Shown in pieces: positions 37,601 to 46,900 of a DNA stretch of 64,000 nt. The position numbers and the translations under genes are program-made. The DNA is from an uncultured Alphaproteobacteria bacterium. GTDB lineage: Bacteria; Pseudomonadota; Alphaproteobacteria; Rickettsiales; UBA1997. The DNA lies in assembly GCA_949288805.1 (NCBI GenBank), contig CASELL010000001.1:89027-153026 (forward strand), given 5' to 3'. The notes beneath the pieces were generated by a model. That model was not told where the DNA came from, made no database searches, and saw only the letters and a list, made by a program, of their open reading frames with translations. Position 1 is the first letter of the stretch. Each line of letters opens with the position of its first letter.

Positions 37601-40288
37601 CTTTGTTTGACCATAAGCACTTGTTTTTATTTTATTAATAGTTTCATCATTCAAAACTAAAGGATAAACAAGTTCTACTCCATCATCAAAAGAAGAAATT
37701 GTATAAAAACCAGCATCTGATAAATTTGTTCTGTTATTACTTCCACCATAATATTTATCCAAATCTTCATCGGTTAATTTACTAAAATCATATATAGTTT
37801 TAAAATCGTTATCGTTAAAATTACCAATATCCTTTTTTACCATGTCAAAAATAAAAGCAGCAGTTGCTCTAAAAGAATAAAGATCCTTATATTTTTCTCT
37901 CATATTAACAGAAAATAATCCTTCTTTACAAGAAGCAGCGTTTAAGTGTGTTGATTCTCTCTTAAGATCCGCACTAGCATCAAAATCGCCACTATCTAAA
38001 AAGTTATTTGAATCACAGTAACTAGCCCTATAATTCAATCCAACATTTAATTTAAAATCATATGGGCATAAAGCATCAGAAAAAACACAAACATAATTAG
38101 TATTTGTTTTTTTTGTTCCCTCAAAATAATATGTTTCTCCAGATTCATCGTTTATAGAGCATGTTATTTTTCCCAAATCTGTATCTAATGACTTAATATA
38201 ATCTACAAGTGTAGTTTTTAATGTTTCTGAAGTTGCATAACTATTTATAACATTTGAAAAACAAAAACTATTATTTACTACACTAATATCAGTTAGTGCC
38301 TTACCCCCAGTAATATCGGTTTCTGTACCTTTTATACTCTCTAAACAAAACATATGTTGACTTCTATATTTACAACATTGTCTTGCTTCTAAAAAGGCAT
38401 TGCTACATTTTTCATTAAAAATATTAAATATAATTTCATTTTGATTTTTATCTACAATATAAAAGGTATTTTCATTATCATCCTTAATAATACCATTATA
38501 AGATATAAAAATATTTTCTATATTATTTACTACCGAAACTCTTTCATCATTATTTGGTATAATTCCATTAGCAATATCATTTTTCAAAGCAGTTATAACA
38601 CTGTCAATATCTTTTTTTGGTAAAACACAACCATTCTTACCATCATAAAAAAATCTACTACAAGCAAAATTAGCTTTATCGTTCCCTTTCATATAATATC
38701 TTTGCATTAAAGAATAATATCCTTTAACTCTTGGAAGTCTTGGATCTATACAATAATCAATATCATATGTTATAGCTCTATTTCTATTATCATTTACATC
38801 AAGACTTATATCTTTCTCTACTATTTTTGATTCGTATTCTCTTCCGGAATATAAAAATTCTCTATATATTTTATTTCTTATATCTTTTGAAGTTTTAGTT
38901 ATACCATTACAGAAAGTTTTGTCGGAATCTTCACTACAAACAACATCCGTTATCTTATCACATTCATTATTATAATTTGGATCTGTGCTTGTATTTATAC
39001 AATCATTAACAGCCTTAAACCTAGAATTTGTATAAGGTCCTTTAACATAATATTTGCCATCTCTTGTTTTTTCATAACTAAACCAATCTTGACCACAAAA
39101 TCTTATATGTTGTAAACCCTTCTTTGCTTTTTCATAATTACTCTTAATATTAACTCCACCAACTCCTAAAAGTGCAGTTTTTGTAGCAGTTAAAACAGCA
39201 TACCTAGATGAAAAACAAAGTATTGCAGCAGGCCACGGTTGAGAAAGATAATCTCTAAAACCAAAAACAAGACTAAAAGCGTATTCAAAATCCAAAACAT
39301 ATTTCAAAGATATTGGATCATAAACCATTTTTGGATCTACAAACATAGAAGCTACTTCGGTACCCAAAGAAAGAGCATCCGATCCAACTTTAGAAATAAC
39401 CTTCATAATTGCTTTAAATTTCTTTAATTTCGTTTGAGCTTGTGCTATCTTTTGTTTTGCTTTTGCAATCTTTTTTGGATTACAAACAATACAATTTGAC
39501 TCGGCTGCAATTGATGCTGAAGCATATGTAGAAAATATAGGAATATCTAAACTTAAACAATGAGCTCTTGTTGGAGAATAAGAATATGAACATTTTGTTG
39601 AATTTGTATCTGTTAAAAATGTACTTTTCCATAAACTGCTATCATGACTAGGTAGCAAAAAAGTTTTATTAATTGTATCATAATAGTTACATTGATTATT
39701 TACTACTGAAATATTTTGTGGATATATAGGATAAACAGGATAACCACCAACAGAAGAAGATTCTTGTCTTGTTATATATTTTGTTTCTTCTTTATAAAAA
39801 GCTTGTACCTGACAATACTGATTCGTATTATAAACTTGGCTAAAAGCTAAAAAACCAGCAGCATCAACATTTGTAGTTTCAAAAATACTAAGAAAATTAG
39901 TTAAAAATGTAATAGCGCCCATAAGAGCATCTAAATCTGATTTACTTACAGCATTAGCAGATAAATCTGCAACACGTCCAGCAAATACAAAAGGCATAAC
40001 CATCTCAGAAATATTTATTATCTGTCCTATAATTGGAATACTGGATATAGTATTTATAGCCTTGGTAACTTGAGAACCAAAATAAGGAAGATCCGTATCT
40101 TTACACATAATTCTAGTTCTTGAATTGGAATCATATATATATCCAACACCAGAACAACTTTTTCCATCACTACCTTTTGTACATTCAAGGCTTTCATTAC
40201 TACCACAATTCATCAAATAATTAAATCCATGGGAGCTTTTTGTTGTAAAAATAAAAAATATTAATAAAAAATAATGTATAAATTTCAT
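34661..40288 (-). CDS. Giant VirB6/TrbL-like T4SS inner-membrane protein (rvhB6-type paralog, 1875 aa)
   Basis: Follows virB3-virB4-virB6-like in one operon (AGGAG SD, 9-nt gap). Signal peptide, a Cys-rich extracytoplasmic region of about 1000 aa, and a polytopic TM block with YLAFFDTIDCKITRY and KSIFDSWFKEIVGLIFKPMF. These motifs are shared with the upstream paralog. Long charged coiled-coil tail. Confidence 0.7.
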   Translation of the reverse strand: MKFIHYFLLIFFIFTTKSSHGFNYLMNCGSNESLECTKGSDGKSCSGVGYIYDSNSRTRIMCKDTDLPYFGSQVTKAINTISSIPIIGQIINISEMVMPFVFAGRVADLSANAVSKSDLDALMGAITFLTNFLSIFETTNVDAAGFLAFSQVYNTNQYCQVQAFYKEETKYITRQESSSVGGYPVYPIYPQNISVVNNQCNYYDTINKTFLLPSHDSSLWKSTFLTDTNSTKCSYSYSPTRAHCLSLDIPIFSTYASASIAAESNCIVCNPKKIAKAKQKIAQAQTKLKKFKAIMKVISKVGSDALSLGTEVASMFVDPKMVYDPISLKYVLDFEYAFSLVFGFRDYLSQPWPAAILCFSSRYAVLTATKTALLGVGGVNIKSNYEKAKKGLQHIRFCGQDWFSYEKTRDGKYYVKGPYTNSRFKAVNDCINTSTDPNYNNECDKITDVVCSEDSDKTFCNGITKTSKDIRNKIYREFLYSGREYESKIVEKDISLDVNDNRNRAITYDIDYCIDPRLPRVKGYYSLMQRYYMKGNDKANFACSRFFYDGKNGCVLPKKDIDSVITALKNDIANGIIPNNDERVSVVNNIENIFISYNGIIKDDNENTFYIVDKNQNEIIFNIFNEKCSNAFLEARQCCKYRSQHMFCLESIKGTETDITGGKALTDISVVNNSFCFSNVINSYATSETLKTTLVDYIKSLDTDLGKITCSINDESGETYYFEGTKKTNTNYVCVFSDALCPYDFKLNVGLNYRASYCDSNNFLDSGDFDASADLKRESTHLNAASCKEGLFSVNMREKYKDLYSFRATAAFIFDMVKKDIGNFNDNDFKTIYDFSKLTDEDLDKYYGGSNNRTNLSDAGFYTISSFDDGVELVYPLVLNDETINKIKTSAYGQTKNFCQYRAHCVEVEKEEVRDTSDIITSTFLDSSCNSSSTNSRNIQRSSDGTILRQLSVPVVECVYESLNNLINGISGMSSCKNSELNSYGYCGSDTEEIVKENLKNGNMAFFESKYNSIVNADGSVSYIIKGERLPEKFNPFLKIQNNFKDIIKIALTIFLVLFAYSALFSGKMDSIVKGESGNALMLFIFKFSIVSFLIFNNGWQKGIYNYILNFATAGYDFVNSLFIGVINSPKNQVLNLNSNAVIKLVEEDNITKEEKNVYLCYKYNLYNNAEYKIRNIEDGGCGSGGFKSKTNSPEIYIKTNKNFPEQLENNLIISKNQEIQQLLYVIDKYNDTNYGSKIKIKYKTGSSWGDSLANSAAWNSEYDGCYFDTSEYKTGKTYLAFFDTIDCKITRYLGYSVQNIAPNLVLYSVLFLVPQYFFPNVPGFNKVVSTVGSVLSGLILAFIFIMFNFVIKAAYTFVSSFFILSILIFISPIILPLMFFNKTKSIFDSWFKEIVGLIFKPMFNIAFLTLYINIMDILLMDGITFTKHSEYGRDPNVICDQNSFSFFCLVNRNIFEMFETLLKLFDGYITTFLFNVLIAFLFFKLADTFLSELENLVSKIFSDMMTGSSKMTGIGGANGALDTYGTLNKAMDTGKKLEEFRSTYVQGSAYALGSTVDNIAKGAVNTYYDKMSRTYNKARTDYENDKLAQLGFLTKKGSLINDNLEIDKKIRQKNKELLSASKEDQTRLLSEINSLKENKEQNNNTIMELDSNISEMSKKIEKDKKDLSKIDTERLKALSVVDSISIKNGLNILGDKISNSYVANGIRKGLLTLSEYTAGHHSLLGRTMSKIKLVADRVSITFNYPSEKERLSKIETLSKKISRLENEINSLEESKYGLLNKTKLDAIEAMIDKKKNEIVDAYFDMKELKSDLKKIKTIKDIIQNESYEEIQKAPKKSKIEEAAEERKKQEETDRKIKEREKELEELDGAESKNS

Positions 40289-40297
40289 AACTAACTC

Positions 40298-43200
40298 CTA
40301 TTCTTCTTTTGATTTTTTTAAAGATTCATTCCTTATGGTTTCTTTGTTTTTATTGTAATAATCAGCCCCCATTCTTCTTTTAATTTTATTATCGGTACGA
40401 TTTGAATTAGATTCTATTATTTTAGACGTAAGTCCCTTAATAGCCTTTTTAGGAAGAGCGTTTGTTACATTAGCTATTTTTATCATAGCAGTAGAAGCTT
40501 TAGATAAAATACCAGAAACTGTAAAATTACTCTCTCCCAATTTACCAAATATTTCACCACCAACATCACCAATAAACTTATCAAAAATTCCAAGCAAAAG
40601 CAATAAAAATATCATATCAGAAAATATTTTAAAAAAGTCCATAGAATTTTTAATTACACTAGGAAATCCAGCAAAACCACTAATAAAAATATCAATTAAA
40701 GTAGAACCAGAATTTCCAATGACTTCTTGTGAAGAAACTATACATATAGGAGATTCATTTCCTAAATCAATAACTTTTCCTTTACTTTTTTCTTCGCATT
40801 CCTGAACCATAGAAACAAATTCATCACCAGAACTAGATGGATTATCATATATATAATAGAAATTATTGTTATCTATTTTACATATTTTACCACAATAAAT
40901 ATCCCTAACCGGTTCTCTAACTCCATAAAATTTTGCATCTCCTATATAATATTTATCAAATATTAATAAGAATAACATGGTTGATAATATTGTAAACATT
41001 GGTCTAAATATAAGTTTTAATATACTATTTATCCAAGAATCAAATATTTTTCTTGTTTTTTCTATCAAATATAGAGGTATCACCAATGGAGCCATAAATA
41101 ACAATATAGTTAATTCCAAAGAATATGTTATAAATTGAAGAGCTATTTTTATAGCTATTGCTATTATTCCTATTGTTAATAAAATAAATGGCATAATTGT
41201 CATTATAGCAAAACCAAAAGAAAAAACTCCAGCTATGAAAAAGCTAATTATTGGAATATTTGTTACATTATCTGTTGTAATACCAAAATATCTAGATATT
41301 TTACAATCCAAAGTATCAAATAAAGCTAAATACGATTTTCCAAGTCCATAATCTTCATAATTATTTGGTATTTCATCATGTTTAAAAAAGTAACATCCTT
41401 GATAGTTTGGATTCTTATATATAGAATCATACATTGTGGACGACACTCTATCAAATCTTATTATCTTAGATGATAAATTTACTATATAATTAGATGTACC
41501 ATAAACAGCATTAAATACAGGCTCTTTCCAAGATGTTGTCATAGTAAAATATATAACAAAAATAGATGTTAAAATAAAATGTGTTATATCTTCAACATTT
41601 ATACCTGAATTATTTTTTATTATAATTTTGAAACCATAGAGAACAATAGCTATTGCAAGTATAATTTTAACTATTTCCATTAAACTTTCTTGTAGTTTTT
41701 TAAATGGACCGTCAATATTATATTTTTCTAAGTTTTCTCCTTCTTTATACTCTTCACCACTTAAACAATTATTATTTAAATCAGGTTTTTCTCCAGTTAT
41801 TAAACACTTTGTATGTCCAGCTTTATTGAACAACATATTTTTGAAGGTTTCAACAAAACACTCAACAAAAGGAGCTGTAAACACCCTAGTTGTAGCACCA
41901 CCATAATTTCTGGAATAATTTGTAAAGTTATGAGATGAACCAACACCATTAATGCAGGCTGTTGAAACATAAGGAGAATTAATATTTACTTCAGATGGTT
42001 CAAATTTCTTTATATAAACACAATGTCTATCTATTTGACAAAAATTTGATGGTTTATTATAACAAGGTAATATTTTAATTTCGTATTCACCAACCCTATC
42101 GCCCTGAATCTTTTCAATACAATTACCACCACATTCTTTTATAAAACCAGAAGTTTCATCACCCCTCACTTCACAATTTAATTCATTATCCATAGTAGAT
42201 AACTTTGAAATAACATTTGTATTATTTGAACCATAATCTTCCACATAAACTCCATCCTTATAAGAAATTGGTATATCGTTTTGTGTTGTTGACATAAAAT
42301 CTTGACCAACTTCTTCTGTTCCACCTAATATTGGGAAATTATAAGGGCATAAATTATATGTTTCAACACAATATTTCTCATATTCTCCAGTTATTGATTG
42401 ATCTGATCTTTTTATTTTAAAAGAAACAGTATCTGTGTTCTTTGGTTTATAGTCACATATACTTGAATAATCGATTTTGGCAACATTTTTATCAAATTCT
42501 TCCTGATCTTCGGGTGGTATTGAAAAAGCATTTTCAGAATATTCTGATTCTGGTATACTTAAACAATTAAAAAATCCATTATCTGGACCATATCCAGATG
42601 GACATTTATAATAAAGCCCATATTCTGTTTTATAATAAGAATAAGAACCAACCTCCGAACTATTAGTTGTAACTCCATTTTTTGTATCTTCTATTACATT
42701 TTTTACCTGCTCACATGCTATATTAATGTTAGAATTTTCATTTTCGGTAAAAATACCTGTAGACAAAGAACAATCACCATCCTCATCATATATTGAACAA
42801 AAAACATATACATCTCCATCATAATTAAATTTATTACCTATATTTTCCTTTCTATTTCTAATACATATAGTTTTTTGACTTGCTTCTATACAACATTTAT
42901 AGGCATTTAAATATTCATCTGTGTTTTTTTCTAAAAATCTATCACAAGCAAAATTAGCACTTTCAGTACCTCTAAAATAATATAACTGTGATTTTGTATC
43001 TCCTTTTTTTACGCCTTCATACCTTCTTCTTTCTGGCCTTGGATCTATACAATTGGAATCAAAGTTGTTAGCGTACTCAACGCCGCCATATAAAAATTCT
43101 CTATATTGTTTATATTTTACATCAAGATAAGTATCTATATTAGCAACTGTTATATTTCCATTTTCTTTTTGAAAAATTAAATTACAAAAATCTACTGATT

Positions 43201-44122
43201 TATCCCTAAAACATTTATCTAAAGCATATTTATATGAACCAAAAAAACTCCCTTTTGTAGGAAAAGACTTATCTTGATTGGATGAATTGGTTAGAGAAGA
43301 ATTTATCATATCTAGAGTTATATCTATTGATGTATTTGTTTTAGTTCTAAGATAAGACTCTAAATCTAGTGAAGCATATGTTAACCATTCATCTCCACAC
43401 AAAGCTAAAGTATCAAAATCTTTATCTGCTTTTTTATATTGAAAATAAGAAAGAGTTTCTTTTATTACATAAAAAACAGCAGATAAACCAAGTATCATAC
43501 CTAATTTAACTACAGTTTTTACTCTTTTTGGCAATTTTAGAATAAGAAACATAGCTATACAAACAGCAAAATTTCCCCAATAAATACCTTGACATATTGG
43601 AGTTTTGTTTGTTGGGTCAAGAGAAAAATCATCTTCTCCAGCTATTATCTCTGTTAATTTATCTATACCAGAAGAAGCCAATAATATTAATAAAGGAGCC
43701 AAAAGGGAACTAAAAGCACTTTTACTATTTATAAAATTTGCAACAGTATAAAAAGTCGATATACATAAAACAGGAGCCAATAAAACATCAACTACAATAT
43801 CCCATGCCCAAGCTCCAACTTGAGGACCAATTTCATTAAGACAATTTATACCAGCCAATATTCCGCCACCTTTTGAAGATTGACATTTATTAAAGTCTCC
43901 TTTTTTACTTTCACCATAAAATAAAACACCACCTGGTTTACATGTAAAACCAGTATCAACGGAATATGTATATTTTATACCTTTTTTACCAGTATTAATT
44001 AATGATCTAAGTCTATCTTTTGCTCCAATAGAATCTTCTGCAAAAGATTCAACACTAATAGAAAAAAATAAACAATTAAAAAACAATATAAAAACTAAAA
44101 ATATTCTAAAAAACTTTTTCAT
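40298..44122 (-). CDS. Giant VirB6/TrbL-like T4SS inner-membrane protein (rvhB6-type paralog, about 1274 aa)
   Basis: The track ORF begins at 44155, inside virB4. The Met at 44122 (MKKFFRIFLVF) has an AAGGAG SD and lies 10 nt after the virB4 stop. Signal peptide, Cys-rich domain, TM block with YLALFDTLDCKISRY and RKIFDSWINSILKLIFRPMF. Confidence 0.7.
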   Translation of the reverse strand: MKKFFRIFLVFILFFNCLFFSISVESFAEDSIGAKDRLRSLINTGKKGIKYTYSVDTGFTCKPGGVLFYGESKKGDFNKCQSSKGGGILAGINCLNEIGPQVGAWAWDIVVDVLLAPVLCISTFYTVANFINSKSAFSSLLAPLLILLASSGIDKLTEIIAGEDDFSLDPTNKTPICQGIYWGNFAVCIAMFLILKLPKRVKTVVKLGMILGLSAVFYVIKETLSYFQYKKADKDFDTLALCGDEWLTYASLDLESYLRTKTNTSIDITLDMINSSLTNSSNQDKSFPTKGSFFGSYKYALDKCFRDKSVDFCNLIFQKENGNITVANIDTYLDVKYKQYREFLYGGVEYANNFDSNCIDPRPERRRYEGVKKGDTKSQLYYFRGTESANFACDRFLEKNTDEYLNAYKCCIEASQKTICIRNRKENIGNKFNYDGDVYVFCSIYDEDGDCSLSTGIFTENENSNINIACEQVKNVIEDTKNGVTTNSSEVGSYSYYKTEYGLYYKCPSGYGPDNGFFNCLSIPESEYSENAFSIPPEDQEEFDKNVAKIDYSSICDYKPKNTDTVSFKIKRSDQSITGEYEKYCVETYNLCPYNFPILGGTEEVGQDFMSTTQNDIPISYKDGVYVEDYGSNNTNVISKLSTMDNELNCEVRGDETSGFIKECGGNCIEKIQGDRVGEYEIKILPCYNKPSNFCQIDRHCVYIKKFEPSEVNINSPYVSTACINGVGSSHNFTNYSRNYGGATTRVFTAPFVECFVETFKNMLFNKAGHTKCLITGEKPDLNNNCLSGEEYKEGENLEKYNIDGPFKKLQESLMEIVKIILAIAIVLYGFKIIIKNNSGINVEDITHFILTSIFVIYFTMTTSWKEPVFNAVYGTSNYIVNLSSKIIRFDRVSSTMYDSIYKNPNYQGCYFFKHDEIPNNYEDYGLGKSYLALFDTLDCKISRYFGITTDNVTNIPIISFFIAGVFSFGFAIMTIMPFILLTIGIIAIAIKIALQFITYSLELTILLFMAPLVIPLYLIEKTRKIFDSWINSILKLIFRPMFTILSTMLFLLIFDKYYIGDAKFYGVREPVRDIYCGKICKIDNNNFYYIYDNPSSSGDEFVSMVQECEEKSKGKVIDLGNESPICIVSSQEVIGNSGSTLIDIFISGFAGFPSVIKNSMDFFKIFSDMIFLLLLLGIFDKFIGDVGGEIFGKLGESNFTVSGILSKASTAMIKIANVTNALPKKAIKGLTSKIIESNSNRTDNKIKRRMGADYYNKNKETIRNESLKKSKEE

Positions 44123-44132
44123 ATCGTCTCCT

Positions 44133-46538
44133 TTATAATTTTTTAGATCTTTCATAATATATATCTAACCAATCTTCCGGTTTATCACTCCCAATTTCTT
44201 TTATTATTTCGTTTAATAAAATAACCGTTTCAGCTCTACCAGACAAAACCCTAATTACATCACCCATACCACCTAAATCAACCCTAGCTATAACACCACC
44301 TTGATCTTGTTTGACTAAAAAATATCTTGAACCAGGATCGGTTGTTTTAATTAATTGAAATTCTCTTTCACTTAACATAAAAGCAGTTTTATAAACATCT
44401 GTTGCTTTTAAATTTGGCAAATATATTTGTGTTGCTGTTTGTTGAACAAGAGTATCTGATATACTACTTTTAGTAGCGTCTTCTACTGACTGTGTAGCAA
44501 ATACAACAAATGCATTTAATTTTCTGAATACCTTTAACCAGTCTTTAATCTTAGGAGCAAAAACTGGATTATCAATCAAGGCCCAAGCCTCATCAAGAAT
44601 AATCATAGTTGGAGTTCCATCTAATGAACTTTGTATTCTATGAAATAAATATAATAATACAGGACTAATACTCTTTTTATCCTTTAATATCTCACCCATT
44701 TCAAAACCAAAAGCATAAGCAGAGAAAAAATCAATTATATCTTCATCATTATCAAACAATTTAGCATGAGATCCATCGCTATGCCACATTTCTAATCTAC
44801 CAGCCAAAGATCCAGGACCCCCCATTCCTAAAAATGGAGCAATATTTCTCAATCTTCTTTTTTCAAATGGCAATCTATAATTACCATTTATAGCTTCGGT
44901 AATTCTAGCCATATCCTCCGCTGTTATACTTTCACCATTAACAGTCAGTAAAACTGTTAACCATTCTATTAAGAAAGCTTTATTTTCAGCAGTCTCTGGC
45001 AATCTTAATGGATTAAAACCAGAATATCTACTAGCTTCTAATACAGAATATTTTCCACCAAGCGCTCTAATAAATATTTCCGCACCTCTATCTTTATCAA
45101 AAAAGAACATTCTACAATTAAATTTTTGAGCTTGTGCACATAAGAAATTCATCATAACAGTTTTACCAGCACCAGTAGGTCCAATAATCATAGTATGTCC
45201 AACATCTCTAACATGAAAACTAAAAAAATACGGTGTTCCCGAAACAGTATTTAATACAGTACAAGCATCTCCCCAATGATTACCGGTCCTTTTACCAGAA
45301 GGATAATTATGGAAAGAAGCAAAACTAGCAAGATTTAATGTATTAATTGTAGATTTTCTAACTATATATTTAATATTTCCAGGAAGTTGCGACCAAAAAC
45401 AAGCTTCCATATTCATTCTTTCTCTAATAGCAGTAATACCAACATTTGAAAACTCAACTATAGCCATAGAAACGGCACTTTCAACAGTTTTAGGACTGTC
45501 TTCGAAACATGTAATACTCAAATGATGACTACCAAAAGCAAACTTACCACTCATAGCAGCATCAAGAGCTTGGTCAATCTCTCTAATTTGTGATACAGCC
45601 ACGTCATCTGACTGAATCATTCTTCTTTGTTGTAATTGCATACTACTAATAGCAATCATTCTATTAATATAAACATAAGATTGACATATAATAAATTCAA
45701 ATGGCATTTGTAAAAAACCATCTAAAATACCAGCATTAGTAGATGGTCTATATTCCTTAACAGAAGCTATAGCTCCATATTTTTTTATTGTAGGAGTCAT
45801 TATTTCAAATACTTTTGGTCCAAAATATAATCTATTTGTATGTATATAATGATCTAGAGGAATAGGAGATAATCTATAATTCTGTATATCTCCACAATTT
45901 ACTATAACACCTAGAAACTTTAATATTTCAGAATAAACACCATCAGGAGTTTCTCTTAACGATAATAATTCTGGTTTATAATTCATAAAACCATTTAAAA
46001 CTCTGTCTGTAATTTCGTCCAATTCAGACATGGCATCTCTCATAGCTTTTTGTTTAGCGCTTTTATCTGCTTTATTTCTCAATTTACTAATAAAATTACC
46101 AATTTTAGCTATACCAGCTGTATCATCTTTTCTAACTATGCTAATATAATGTTCGTTTACAAAACATTTATCACCTGAATGTCTATCTTTCCATTCTTTA
46201 TTTAATTTTTTAGTAAAAATATTTGTATAAGTACCACCTGGATAAGCCTCCTCTCTTCTTCTAATAGTATGAAACCATAAGGCAAAATTACCAGAAGCCA
46301 TGCCTTTTAATAAGTTATTTCTAGCATTCTTTTTAATATCTATGTCATCATCGTCTGCAGTTTCAAAAGCAAAACCAGAAATCTTGATGACTTTTAACAA
46401 ACTACCATCTTTTAATAATATTGTATCATCTTTACAATGCAAATAATATGGAATATAATCCGAAGAACTTCTTTCTTTTGATAAATATCTCTGCCTTTCC
46501 ACCAAATTATTTGCTATATCAAACATACTAAACCTCAA
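44133..46538 (-). CDS. virB4: Type IV secretion ATPase VirB4
   Basis: Walker A IIGPTGAGKTVMMNF, Walker B region TMIILDEAWALID, VFATQSVEDA. About 800 aa. The start may be the ATG at 46526 (MFDIANN) rather than the TTG at 46538. Confidence 0.95.
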   Translation of the reverse strand: MRFSMFDIANNLVERQRYLSKERSSSDYIPYYLHCKDDTILLKDGSLLKVIKISGFAFETADDDDIDIKKNARNNLLKGMASGNFALWFHTIRRREEAYPGGTYTNIFTKKLNKEWKDRHSGDKCFVNEHYISIVRKDDTAGIAKIGNFISKLRNKADKSAKQKAMRDAMSELDEITDRVLNGFMNYKPELLSLRETPDGVYSEILKFLGVIVNCGDIQNYRLSPIPLDHYIHTNRLYFGPKVFEIMTPTIKKYGAIASVKEYRPSTNAGILDGFLQMPFEFIICQSYVYINRMIAISSMQLQQRRMIQSDDVAVSQIREIDQALDAAMSGKFAFGSHHLSITCFEDSPKTVESAVSMAIVEFSNVGITAIRERMNMEACFWSQLPGNIKYIVRKSTINTLNLASFASFHNYPSGKRTGNHWGDACTVLNTVSGTPYFFSFHVRDVGHTMIIGPTGAGKTVMMNFLCAQAQKFNCRMFFFDKDRGAEIFIRALGGKYSVLEASRYSGFNPLRLPETAENKAFLIEWLTVLLTVNGESITAEDMARITEAINGNYRLPFEKRRLRNIAPFLGMGGPGSLAGRLEMWHSDGSHAKLFDNDEDIIDFFSAYAFGFEMGEILKDKKSISPVLLYLFHRIQSSLDGTPTMIILDEAWALIDNPVFAPKIKDWLKVFRKLNAFVVFATQSVEDATKSSISDTLVQQTATQIYLPNLKATDVYKTAFMLSEREFQLIKTTDPGSRYFLVKQDQGGVIARVDLGGMGDVIRVLSGRAETVILLNEIIKEIGSDKPEDWLDIYYERSKKL

Positions 46539-46834
46539 TAAATATCATAAGAGTTAACCCCACCATGAAAAGTTTTATTAGCACATAAATTAAAGTTACT
46601 AGTTTTCATTAACAATAATTCAATCATAAGAGGTTCTTTTAAACATATAAAATATGCAATACAATGAAGTGTAGGCATCATAACCAATAAATAAACAAAA
46701 TTACTAGTCATAATAAAAGCCATAACAGAACCTATAGCATTAAGCGCTGCATAAACATAAGTAACGCCCAATATCATACTTGGTCTTGTTAAACCCAAAA
46801 ACAATGGATCAGCTTCTATTCTTCCGTTGGCCAT
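46535..46834 (-). CDS. virB3: Type IV secretion protein VirB3
   Basis: 99 aa, DPLFLGLTRPSMILGVTY followed by a hydrophobic helix. Sits immediately upstream of virB4 and ends in TGA. Confidence 0.85.
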   Translation of the reverse strand: MANGRIEADPLFLGLTRPSMILGVTYVYAALNAIGSVMAFIMTSNFVYLLVMMPTLHCIAYFICLKEPLMIELLLMKTSNFNLCANKTFHGGVNSYDIY

Positions 46835-46860
46835 TATAAAAAAGTATATACCTTGCTAGA

Positions 46861-46888
46861 ATTATATAAGCTTAAAAAAGAAAATCAA
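46861..46888 (-). promoter_or_regulatory. Sigma70-like promoter candidate for the virB3-virB4-virB6 operon
   Basis: Minus strand: TTGATT (46883-46888), 16-nt spacer, TATAAT (46861-46866), 26 nt upstream of the virB3 ATG. Confidence 0.45.
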
Positions 46889-46900
46889 GTAAAATTTTTT

